Shown one piece after another: positions 9,344 through 17,896 of a stretch of DNA of 64,000 nucleotides (the stretch's first letter is position 1; each line of letters begins with the position of its first letter). Source of the DNA: an uncultured Candidatus Saccharibacteria bacterium. GTDB taxonomy: Bacteria > Patescibacteriota > Minisyncoccia > Phycocordibacterales > CAZNKJ01. The position numbers were made by a program, and so were the translations under genes. A model generated the notes under the pieces. That model worked only from the letters and a program-made list of their open reading frames with translations, made no database searches and had not been told where the DNA came from. The stretch spans positions 4,787-68,786 of the forward strand of contig CAZNKJ010000003.1 of the NCBI GenBank assembly GCA_964574145.1. The letters are read 5' to 3'.

Positions 9344-11635
9344 ATGAATCTCAAATCGCTTGAATTGTCTGGGTTTAAATCATTCGGGAAAAAAGAACTA
9401 TTGAATTTTAATACATCAGTATCAGCAATTGTAGGACCCAATGGTTCTGGGAAGTCCAATATTGCCGAAGCATTTCGGTTCGTTCTAGGTGAGCAGTCTA
9501 TTAAGTCTTTACGCGGTAAAAAAGGTGAGGATCTTATTTGGGGAGGAGGCAAGAACGTGTCGCGCGCCAATAGAGCGTCGGTAAAGGTAGTTTTTGATAA
9601 TTCTTCAAAGTTATTTGACGTTGATTTTGATGAAGTTTCTTTAGAGCGCATAGTTCATCGTGATGGAATAAATCAATATTTTATTAATAATTCTCAGGTG
9701 CGTTTGAAGGATATTGCAGAACTTTTAGCTGGCGCAAATATAGGCTCGTCTGGACATCATATTATTTCTCAAGGTGAGGCGGATCGTATTTTAAATGCAA
9801 ATCCAAAAGAACGCAGAGAAATGATTGAGGATGCTCTCGGATTAAAAGTTTATCACTACAAGTTGGCAGAGAGTGAAAAAAAACTTCAAAAGACCCTTGA
9901 GAATATCTCTCAAGTAGAAGCTTTGCGGAAAGAGATAGCCCCACATTTACGTTTTCTGAAGAAACAAGTTGAACGTGTAGAAAAAACACGTCAAATTCGT
10001 GAAGATTTAAAAAAACTTTATCAAGAATATCTTAAGCGAGAGTCAGTGTATTTGTCATGGTGGGAAAAGAAAAATTCTGTTCTATGCGTTGGTCCAAATA
10101 ATGAACTTATAAAACTTGAGAAGGAATTAATTGAAGTAAAGGAAGTCCTTGAACAAGAACGTACACAAAACAGCAAGAGTGAGGGAATTATTGAACTTGA
10201 GGAAAATCTGCGTTTGGTGCGAGAAAAAAAAGATGTACTTGTTCGTGAACTTGGTGTTTTAGAAGGGGAGTTACGCGCTGAAGAGCGTAGGGTCAAGAAC
10301 GATAAGATTTCTTCACATACAAATACTGAAAGAACAGTATCATTAAGTGATGTGAAGAATCTTGTAGAGGGCGTGCAAACTTGTTCAGCAAATATTGAAA
10401 ACATAGAAGATGTTTCAGTGTTGCGTGAGGTTATAAATAGTATTTGTGAAAAATTAAACAATTTTATTCACTCTAAAGAGTCTGCTGGTGCTTCTGTCGG
10501 ACAAGAGAAGGAAGAAGTTGACGATAAAGAACTTCTTTGTCTTCAAGAGAAGTATAAGAAGAAAGAAGGAGAGTGTCATAGTTTGAATTTACAAGAAGCG
10601 AAATTGCGAGAGGAATATATTAAACTGAAAAAAGAATTAGAGGCTGTGCAAGACAAGGGAAGAGAAGCTGAAAGAAATATGTTTGCCATAATGTCTAGAC
10701 AGAATGAATTACGAATGGTTTTGGACAAGCTCAACTCTCGTAAAAAAATGCTAGTGAGAGAAAGAGATTCGTTTGAACATGAACTCAAGGAGGGAGGGGT
10801 TCTTGTGGGACGCGCAGTTCTCTCTTATGAGGATTATATAGTGGTTGGAGGTTCAGGAAGCGAACTTCCAAACGAGGTTGTCGCTTCCGAAGATCGCATT
10901 GTTCAAGATAAGCGTAGGCATGAGATAGAGAAAATAAAAATACGGTTGGAGGAGTTCGGAAAAGGTGGAGGAGAAGAGGTTATAAAAGAATACAGAGAAA
11001 TAGAAGAACGAGAGCAATTTTTAGCACGTGAAATAGTGGATCTCGAGGGGTCTGCAGAGACTTTAGTGAAGCTGTCAGGAGAGCTTACTGAGCATTTAAG
11101 AGAACGGTTTAAGGATGGTATCTCTAAAATTAATAACGAATTTACAAATTTTTTCTCTATGATGTTTGGAGGTGGGACGGCGTCTCTCTCCATAGTTCAT
11201 GCTCCGAAGCGAAAAAGTGTATCAGACTCATTACTTGAATTATCATCTGACGACGAGGCTCTTAAGGAGGAAGCACCAGAAGAGGGAATAGATATCTCTG
11301 TTTCTATTCCGCATAAACGAACAAAGGGTCTTGTTATGCTCTCTGGTGGGGAAAGAGCTTTGACATCTATCGCCCTTTTGTTTGCGATGAGTCAAGTGAA
11401 CCCTCCTCCTTTTTTAATATTAGATGAGACTGATGCAGCTCTTGATGAAGCTAATTCAAAACGTTATGGAGATATGATAGAGAACTTATCTAAATATTCT
11501 CAATTAATTTTGATTACTCATAATCGCGAAACTATGAGCCGAGCAAATATTATCTATGGTGTAACTATGGGAGAAAGTGGAGCCTCAAAACTATTGTCTG
11601 TGAAATTTGAAGAAGCTGTTAAGGTGGCTAAATAG
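9344..11635 (+). CDS. smc: SMC-family chromosome segregation ATPase (short, 763 aa)
   Basis: GFKSF, Walker A GPNGSGKSN, IISQGE Q-loop, LSGGE signature, ILDETDAALD Walker B/D-loop. Confidence 0.93.
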   Translation: MNLKSLELSGFKSFGKKELLNFNTSVSAIVGPNGSGKSNIAEAFRFVLGEQSIKSLRGKKGEDLIWGGGKNVSRANRASVKVVFDNSSKLFDVDFDEVSLERIVHRDGINQYFINNSQVRLKDIAELLAGANIGSSGHHIISQGEADRILNANPKERREMIEDALGLKVYHYKLAESEKKLQKTLENISQVEALRKEIAPHLRFLKKQVERVEKTRQIREDLKKLYQEYLKRESVYLSWWEKKNSVLCVGPNNELIKLEKELIEVKEVLEQERTQNSKSEGIIELEENLRLVREKKDVLVRELGVLEGELRAEERRVKNDKISSHTNTERTVSLSDVKNLVEGVQTCSANIENIEDVSVLREVINSICEKLNNFIHSKESAGASVGQEKEEVDDKELLCLQEKYKKKEGECHSLNLQEAKLREEYIKLKKELEAVQDKGREAERNMFAIMSRQNELRMVLDKLNSRKKMLVRERDSFEHELKEGGVLVGRAVLSYEDYIVVGGSGSELPNEVVASEDRIVQDKRRHEIEKIKIRLEEFGKGGGEEVIKEYREIEEREQFLAREIVDLEGSAETLVKLSGELTEHLRERFKDGISKINNEFTNFFSMMFGGGTASLSIVHAPKRKSVSDSLLELSSDDEALKEEAPEEGIDISVSIPHKRTKGLVMLSGGERALTSIALLFAMSQVNPPPFLILDETDAALDEANSKRYGDMIENLSKYSQLILITHNRETMSRANIIYGVTMGESGASKLLSVKFEEAVKVAK

Positions 11636-13592
11636 CAATTTCCCAATCCAACATTTTCTCTTCAATGTTTGCGGAAATTAAACGGATATTAACAGGATCT
11701 CCCAAGGAGTATTTTTTATGTTTTCTATTTCCTATTATCCGGTAATTTTTCTTATCCAGTTCGTAGTAGTCATCTTTAAGTGATGAGAGGTGTACAAGCC
11801 CTTCTGCTTTTGTGTTTTTTTCTTCTACATAAAAACCCCACTCGACTACACCAGTAATTGTGCCTTTGAACACTTCTCCTATGTGTTCTGACATGTATTC
11901 CACTTGTTTTAATTTAATTGAGTCGCGCTCCGCTTCTACAGCACCAGTCTCCCTTTTTGAAGATTGAATGGCCAAAGCTTCGTATTGCATTAGTTCTTCT
12001 TGTGGTAGTGGGTCTCCGGAAATATATTTTTTCAAAAGCCTGTGCACCATAATATCTGGGTATCTGCGAATAGGAGAAGTGAAGTGTGTATAGTATTGGA
12101 ATGATAGGCCAAAGTGCCCTATGTTTTTTGTGGAGTAAGTTGCTTTTGCCATAGAGCGTATAGCGGCTGTCTTGATGAGGTTTTCTTCAGGTTTCCCTTC
12201 AATTTTTTTGAATAAGTTATTTAATTCTTTACCAGTTACCTCACCATCTTTCTCTTTAAAATCGTATCCTAAAGCTCTTAGAAAAATACCGAGCTCTTCT
12301 ATTTTTTCTGGTTTAGGAGCATTGTGAATTCTATACAGAAAGATAGCTTGATTTTGTGAGAGTTTTTTACTGAGTGTATTGAAGTATGTGGCGACTTCTT
12401 GGTTTGCCAAAAGCATGAAATCTTCAATTAAACGATTTGCATCTATTCGTTGTTTTTTTTCAATTGAAATTGGTTTCCCTTTTTCATCAAGTGTAAATGA
12501 GACTTCATCTTGGTCAAAATCAATAGATCCGCGTGCAAAACGTTCCGCACGCAGTTTTTTAGAAAGTGTGTTTAGTGTATTTAGTTCTTTTACGAAAGGC
12601 CCTTTGGATGTATTAAGCACTTCCTGAGCTTCTTCATATGTGAAGCGTTTGTCTGAATGAATTATGGTTTTTCCAAACCATCGGTCTTTAACCTTGCCAT
12701 TTTTGTCTAATGTAACTACCGCAGAATATGTGAGCTTATCTTCATTAGGATTAAGACTACAAACTCCATTCGATAGTATCTCAGGTAACATGGGAATAGT
12801 TCTATCCACTAAGTATACCGAAGTGGCTCGCTCGCGAGCTTCTTTGTCTATAGCGCTTCCGATATGCACATAATGTGATACATCTGCTATATGAATTCCA
12901 ACTTCTATGAGTGAGTCGGGGAGCTCTTTTATTGAAATAGCATCATCAAAATCTTTTGCATCTTTTGGATCAATTGTAAAAGTAGTAACATCTCTAAAAT
13001 CACGACGATCTTTTATTTCTTTTTCAGTGATGTGTGTTTTTTCACCAATCTCTTTTGCTTCATGTTCAAGGTCTTCGTTAAAAACAGTTTTAAAATTACG
13101 AGAAAGTGCAATAGATTGCATTTCTGTTTCATTCAGACCTTTTTTCCCAATAACTTTAATAATTTCCCCAATAGGATTTTTTCTTGGGTCATCCCACTTT
13201 TTTAACCGTATGAGGACTTTTATATCTTTAGCGAGTTTTTTTGCTTCTTGAGAAATTATTTTAATATCAGCATAAACACGTTTGTCATCTGGAACTAAAA
13301 AAAAGTCACCTTTTTCTTCCCGTAATGTTCCTACAAATATTTCGGTATTTCGTGCGACTATTTTTGAAACCTTACCACCTATACGTCTCTTGTTAGTATT
13401 GGGAAAGATTTTTACTTCAACAGTATCTTTATTAAAAGCAGTATTTATATTTTCGGAGACTATTTCAATATCTTCTTCGTAATCTATACTAGAAACATAC
13501 CCGACTCCTTTTCTTGTTATGGTTATAATGCCTAATGTGGATTGTTTGTCTGTATTATTTTTGGTATTTCCTTTATCTGTTTTATCATTCAT
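11628..13592 (-). CDS. rnr: Ribonuclease R
   Basis: TIDPKDAKDFDDA, HFTSPIRRYPD, C-terminal S1 domain; likely start MNDKTDK. Confidence 0.96.
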   Translation of the reverse strand: MNDKTDKGNTKNNTDKQSTLGIITITRKGVGYVSSIDYEEDIEIVSENINTAFNKDTVEVKIFPNTNKRRIGGKVSKIVARNTEIFVGTLREEKGDFFLVPDDKRVYADIKIISQEAKKLAKDIKVLIRLKKWDDPRKNPIGEIIKVIGKKGLNETEMQSIALSRNFKTVFNEDLEHEAKEIGEKTHITEKEIKDRRDFRDVTTFTIDPKDAKDFDDAISIKELPDSLIEVGIHIADVSHYVHIGSAIDKEARERATSVYLVDRTIPMLPEILSNGVCSLNPNEDKLTYSAVVTLDKNGKVKDRWFGKTIIHSDKRFTYEEAQEVLNTSKGPFVKELNTLNTLSKKLRAERFARGSIDFDQDEVSFTLDEKGKPISIEKKQRIDANRLIEDFMLLANQEVATYFNTLSKKLSQNQAIFLYRIHNAPKPEKIEELGIFLRALGYDFKEKDGEVTGKELNNLFKKIEGKPEENLIKTAAIRSMAKATYSTKNIGHFGLSFQYYTHFTSPIRRYPDIMVHRLLKKYISGDPLPQEELMQYEALAIQSSKRETGAVEAERDSIKLKQVEYMSEHIGEVFKGTITGVVEWGFYVEEKNTKAEGLVHLSSLKDDYYELDKKNYRIIGNRKHKKYSLGDPVNIRLISANIEEKMLDWEIAI

Positions 13593-13644
13593 GGAGCGAA
13601 GTATAGCAAACCTTGACATGTTGTCGCTATAGAGCTATTTTTAT

Positions 13645-13872
13645 GCATAGAAAGGTTCGGAGTATAAACTTCTCAGCAGTTTTTAATTTCTCTTAATGGG
13701 AAATTTGGGAGTGTAGTTGAAGAAGCCGAATTTTATTTTGATTTTTAGTTTCGGGCCACTTCCCCCTAGCCCGGAAAAGGTCCAGTTTTCTCATGCTGGT
13801 CCTTGCGTCCTTGAAGCAGACGCAAAACCTCCCTGAACTTAACCCCGCCTATTTTTTGGCGGGGTTCTTTTT
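13645..13872 (+). ncRNA. Candidate ~200-nt structured non-coding RNA (family unassigned)
   Basis: TTGACA-17-TATTTT promoter at 13613, 5'/3' closing stem (aaggttcggag / ctccctgaactt), internal hairpins, strong terminator 13841-13872, no ORF >=60 aa. Confidence 0.5.
13841..13872 (+). terminator. Rho-independent terminator
   Basis: aaccccgcc / ggcggggtt stem followed by cttttt. Confidence 0.8.
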
Positions 13873-13940
13873 ATTTTGTCCATTTTATCTTTTGAGAAAG
13901 GATTGATCATTTCCAAAACTTCTGGTATTATCGGGTCCTT

Positions 13941-14441
13941 ATGTTAAAGATACGATTACAAAGAATAGGACGTCGCAACAGCCCAGCTTTTAGGGTTGTG
14001 GTTACTGAGTCAACCAGAGGACCAAAAAGTGGAAAGAACCTTGAAATTTTAGGTACATATAATCCGCATTCAAATACATCAGTGCTGAAAAATGAACGCA
14101 TTAAACATTGGATGGATAATGGTGCCCAAATTTCTGACACGGTTCATAATCTTTTTATCAAAGAAAAGGTTATAGACGGGTCTACTATAAATGTACTTCC
14201 TAAAAAAACACCAATCGTAAAAGAAGCAGAAGTTGCTAATGAGGATAATATAGATACGGAAAATAAAGAAAGCGTTGGTGTTGTTGAGGATTCTTCTGAA
14301 GAGGGTAAAAAAGATGGTGATTCTGTACAGTCAGAGGCTACAAAAGAAGAACCCACCGCAGAAGGGGAGGAGGGTAAAAAAGAAGTAGTAAGCTCAGAAG
14401 AAACTTCAAAAGAAGATTTGTCAGATAAAAAAGAAGCTTAG
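13941..14441 (+). CDS. rpsP: 30S ribosomal protein S16 with long acidic C-terminal tail
   Basis: MLKIRLQRIGRRNSPAFRVVV...LGTYNP...GAQISDTV. Confidence 0.97.
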   Translation: MLKIRLQRIGRRNSPAFRVVVTESTRGPKSGKNLEILGTYNPHSNTSVLKNERIKHWMDNGAQISDTVHNLFIKEKVIDGSTINVLPKKTPIVKEAEVANEDNIDTENKESVGVVEDSSEEGKKDGDSVQSEATKEEPTAEGEEGKKEVVSSEETSKEDLSDKKEA

Positions 14442-14565
14442 AGTCCTTTCCTATCGTTGACGAGAGAGTTTTTGCAGATTATACTTTCTAGTGTCTATAC
14501 ACAGTTAATTTCTTCTCTACTTGTTTTGTTGTGTATATTTTACTAGGTTTAGCTATAAGACCATA

Positions 14566-14889
14566 ATGGAAGCAGAAAATGACAAGCAGTTTCTTGAGTA
14601 TATTGTAAAAGAGCTCGTTGATAATCCAGATTCAGTTAAAGTGGACAGATCAGTAGATGAGATGGGGGTTCTTCTTATGTTGGATGTTCATTCAGAAGAT
14701 ATGGGTAAAATAATTGGCCGTCAAGGAGCTACCGCTAAGGCGATTCGTACTCTTTTACGGGTAGTAGGTATGAAAAATAATGCTCGGGTAAATTTGAAAA
14801 TAAATGAGCCAGAAAATGGTGAGAGATCTAATAATGACAAAGAAGAAAAGACAGTAAAGAGTGTAGATGAGATGGTAGACAATCTCTAG
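14566..14889 (+). CDS. khpA: KH-domain RNA-binding protein (KhpA/YlqC)
   Basis: DMGKIIGRQGATAKAIRTLL KH motif; canonical position after rpsP; start moved to MEAEND. Confidence 0.92.
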   Translation: MEAENDKQFLEYIVKELVDNPDSVKVDRSVDEMGVLLMLDVHSEDMGKIIGRQGATAKAIRTLLRVVGMKNNARVNLKINEPENGERSNNDKEEKTVKSVDEMVDNL

Positions 14890-14977
14890 CTCTAGGTTTT
14901 TTCTTAAAAAAGATAAAACAAAACACGACGCATGTCGTGTTTTGTTTTGTGTAGAAATCTAGTAATATTAGACTCTA

Positions 14978-15571
14978 ATGAGTACTAAACGTGATATAGA
15001 ATTTTTATTTGAGATAGGTTCAATTAGAAACGTAAATAGGGGGTGGCGTCAGCATCTGGGTATGGATTGCGCTAGTAATACGGAACATTCTTTTCGAGTG
15101 ATATTTTTGGCTCTTATTATTGCTCGTATGGAGGGGGTCAGGGACGAAGAGAAGATTATCAAAATGGCTCTAATTCACGATCTTCCAGAATCTAGAACTT
15201 CTGATTTAAGCTATGTACAAAAAGTGTATGTGTCTGAAAATGAGGCTTTGGCCGCTGATGACCAGTTCGATACTACCTGCCTTGATGATTTAAATAAGGA
15301 TGTCTTAAGAGAATATATGGAAAGAAAGAGCATAGAGGCAAAGATAGTAAAAGATGCAGATAATTTAGATATAGATCTTGAGCTCAAAGAGCTTGAAGAA
15401 CGAGGGTCTAAGTTACCGAAAAAACTTGTTGGGACTAGAAAAATAATATTTGACAAAAAGCTTTATACAAAGTCTGCAAAAAAATTATGGAAAGAGATAC
15501 AAGAGTCTGATCCTAGTTCTTGGCACATAATGGCAAACAAGTGGTATAAAATACCTAAAGCTGGGAAATAA
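14978..15571 (+). CDS. HD-domain phosphohydrolase (YfbR/HDDC2-like)
   Basis: RGW...EHSFRV...ALIHDLPESRTSD...KDADNLD. Confidence 0.88.
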   Translation: MSTKRDIEFLFEIGSIRNVNRGWRQHLGMDCASNTEHSFRVIFLALIIARMEGVRDEEKIIKMALIHDLPESRTSDLSYVQKVYVSENEALAADDQFDTTCLDDLNKDVLREYMERKSIEAKIVKDADNLDIDLELKELEERGSKLPKKLVGTRKIIFDKKLYTKSAKKLWKEIQESDPSSWHIMANKWYKIPKAGK

Positions 15572-15572
15572 T

Positions 15573-16211
15573 ATGCATTTTCATATCATCACACTTTTTC
15601 CAAAGACTTTTGATTCTTATATTAAAGAATCTATTATAGCGCGTGCTCGTGCGGATAAAAAAATTTCTTTTTCGTTTTATAATCCTCGTGATTTTACAAA
15701 AGATTCTCATAGACGTATTGATCGTAAGCCGTATGGAGGAGGTCCTGGGATGGTGATGGAGGCTGAGCCTATTTTAAAGGCAGTGAAAAAAGCTCAAGGT
15801 AGAAAAAAGAAAGTTAAAGTTCTTTTTTTCTCGCCAAGCGGGAAGCAGTTTGACAATGTGTATGCTAAGCGACTTGCGAAAAATTATTCAGACATTATTT
15901 TAATAGCGGGACGTTACGAAGGGGTGGATGCTCGTGTAGTGAAGGTGACAAAAGCTGATATCGTGAGTGTCGGCCCCTATGTTCTTACTGGCGGAGAAAT
16001 TCCAGCAATGGTAATAACAGACGCAGTATCGCGTTTTTTGCCTGGAGTGTTGGGGAATGCAGATTCTTTAGAAGAGAGTAGATTAGCAAGTCCAAATGTT
16101 TATACTCGCCCAGAAGTACTTAAGTGGAATGGAAAAAAGTATTGTGTACCCAAGGTTCTTCTTTCAGGGAATCATAAAAAAATAGCAGAGTGGAAAACGG
16201 GTCGCAGGTAA
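15573..16211 (+). CDS. trmD: tRNA (guanine-N1)-methyltransferase
   Basis: PYGGGPGMVM, GRYEGVDARV, YVLTGGE, YTRP, VPKVLLSGNH. Confidence 0.98.
   Translation: MHFHIITLFPKTFDSYIKESIIARARADKKISFSFYNPRDFTKDSHRRIDRKPYGGGPGMVMEAEPILKAVKKAQGRKKKVKVLFFSPSGKQFDNVYAKRLAKNYSDIILIAGRYEGVDARVVKVTKADIVSVGPYVLTGGEIPAMVITDAVSRFLPGVLGNADSLEESRLASPNVYTRPEVLKWNGKKYCVPKVLLSGNHKKIAEWKTGRR
16158..16195 (+). repeat. 38-bp direct repeat, copy 1 (inside the trmD 3' end)
   Basis: cttctttcagggaatcataaaaaaatagcagagtggaa, identical to 17535-17572. Confidence 0.95.
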
Positions 16212-16252
16212 GTGATTGTATAATTTGGTATCGTAAGATATAATTTCAGTAT

Positions 16253-16591
16253 ATGAAAATAAGTTTACAGCATTTTAAGGGCTTATTACCACAACAAATT
16301 ACCGTTATCACAAAAAAAACAAAGGATGGGTTTGTTGCTGAAATCAAAGAACTGCCCCACTGCTATACACAAGCAGTTGATCTTTTTGAGTTAATTGAAA
16401 TGGTAAATGATGCTGTATTTACATATTTAGATATTCCTAAAAAATATGTAGAAAAGCTCGGGATTGTTTATTTACCGGAAAAATTAGCAAACGAATTCAC
16501 AAGACTAAGACTTCAAAAAGCTTGCCACGAGCTTACCAAAGATATAACAGCATCTAGATCAATTTTTCGAAAAACTTCTTTCGCTAAGTAG
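16253..16591 (+). CDS. HicB-like antitoxin
   Basis: GFVAEIKELPHCYTQAVDLFELIEMVNDAV matches the HicB N-terminal pattern. Confidence 0.8.
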   Translation: MKISLQHFKGLLPQQITVITKKTKDGFVAEIKELPHCYTQAVDLFELIEMVNDAVFTYLDIPKKYVEKLGIVYLPEKLANEFTRLRLQKACHELTKDITASRSIFRKTSFAK

Positions 16592-16603
16592 CTCATATAT
16601 TTT

Positions 16604-16864
16604 ATGAAAGGACGAGGGAACAAGAGTTTTAAGAACTGTTCTCCTCGTAATGTGTTTGTTATGTTTAATAAACTTGGTGGTTTTAAGATTAAGGAATGTG
16701 CAAAACATACAAAAGTCACACACTTGGAAAGTGGGAAAGCCACAACAATACCGAGAGCAAAGAAAATAGATAGGTATTTATTAGAACAAAATGTCATACA
16801 AGGATTCTTAATAGATGACCTAGGCTTCTCTTGGGAAGACATATTTAACACACTTGATTGTTAA
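16604..16864 (+). CDS. HicA-like mRNA interferase toxin
   Basis: Small basic protein, GFKIKECAKHTKVTH...TTIPR resembles the HicA fold; adjacent to hicB-like gene. Confidence 0.65.
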   Translation: MKGRGNKSFKNCSPRNVFVMFNKLGGFKIKECAKHTKVTHLESGKATTIPRAKKIDRYLLEQNVIQGFLIDDLGFSWEDIFNTLDC

Positions 16865-16867
16865 AGA

Positions 16868-17527
16868 ATGAAATTACTACTTACATCAGCGGGTATTCGA
16901 AATGAGAGCATCGCAAAAGCTCTTAAAGATCTTGTTGGCAAATCGTTTTCAGATACAAAAATAGTATTTATTCCCACAGCAGCAAACCGAGATACAGATG
17001 ATAAAGGGTGGCTTATAGACAACATTCTTGATTTTAAAGGTCAAAACTTTAAATCTGTAGATATTGTAGACATTGCTGGTTTGCCAGAAAATATTTGGCA
17101 GCCACATTTATTAAAAGCAGACATAATATGTTTTGGAGGTGGGGATGAAACATACTTATCAAGAATTTTTGAAGAACAAAAGATGAAAGAATTTTTACTA
17201 CCTATACTGACAACCAAAGTATATATGGGAATTAGCGCAGGTAGTATGGTTGCCGGGATTTCATTACCTAAAGGGCTCAGCAAAGTATTTTTTGCTGAAG
17301 AAGATTCAGAAAGTGATTGTTGGGTGGGAATGGAGCTTTGTGACCTTACATTCATTCCACACCTTAATTCAAGTTTTTTCAAACAAGTTAGGGGTAAAGT
17401 GCTTGATTTTTATAAAGAAGAGTTTACTTGCAAGACATATGCCACAGACGATGAAACTGCAATAAAAATAGATGGAGCAAAAATAGAGATTGTAGGAAAA
17501 GGTGATTATTGGATATTTAATAAATAG
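16868..17527 (+). CDS. Peptidase S51 (dipeptidase E-like, type 1 glutamine amidotransferase-like fold)
   Basis: LLLTSAG, FIPTAA, GGGD, GISAGSM nucleophile motif, FIPH. Confidence 0.9.
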   Translation: MKLLLTSAGIRNESIAKALKDLVGKSFSDTKIVFIPTAANRDTDDKGWLIDNILDFKGQNFKSVDIVDIAGLPENIWQPHLLKADIICFGGGDETYLSRIFEEQKMKEFLLPILTTKVYMGISAGSMVAGISLPKGLSKVFFAEEDSESDCWVGMELCDLTFIPHLNSSFFKQVRGKVLDFYKEEFTCKTYATDDETAIKIDGAKIEIVGKGDYWIFNK

Positions 17528-17534
17528 GTTCTAA

Positions 17535-17572
17535 CTTCTTTCAGGGAATCATAAAAAAATAGCAGAGTGGAA
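17535..17572 (+). repeat. 38-bp direct repeat, copy 2 (orphan trmD 3' end)
   Basis: Identical to 16158-16195; continues in frame as LLSGNHKKIAEWKSKK-stop. Confidence 0.95.
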
Positions 17573-17896
17573 GAGTAAAAAATAATCGGTAGAAATAAAT
17601 AAAAGAAAATAACTGGTGGGATTTTGAATAAAATATATTATCCACAAGAGAACTCTTGACATATGTTGACTTTTGAATCTACTGATAGTATACTCTCGTC
17701 TACACTAATTTAGCAGGGAGATTGAGTCACGGAAGCATTTTTCTACTCCAATTTGGTTAATAGGGTTGCTAACTGTTTTAATAATTTTGTTCTCAACGGG
17801 GATAGGTGAATAATTGGTCTATTATAACTACTACACGCTCTTGCGTTAAGGAGGTGGAGAGTGTGTCGTTGTTGTATTTCAGGCTGTAAAAAAATA

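Noticed and set aside
13750-13830. SRP RNA or tmRNA
   Set aside because: No SRP domain IV consensus and no tRNA-like ends; left as an unassigned ncRNA candidate.
17638-17646. oriC from DnaA box TTATCCACA (another near 44303)
   Set aside because: Isolated single boxes with no cluster and no dnaA/dnaN context.
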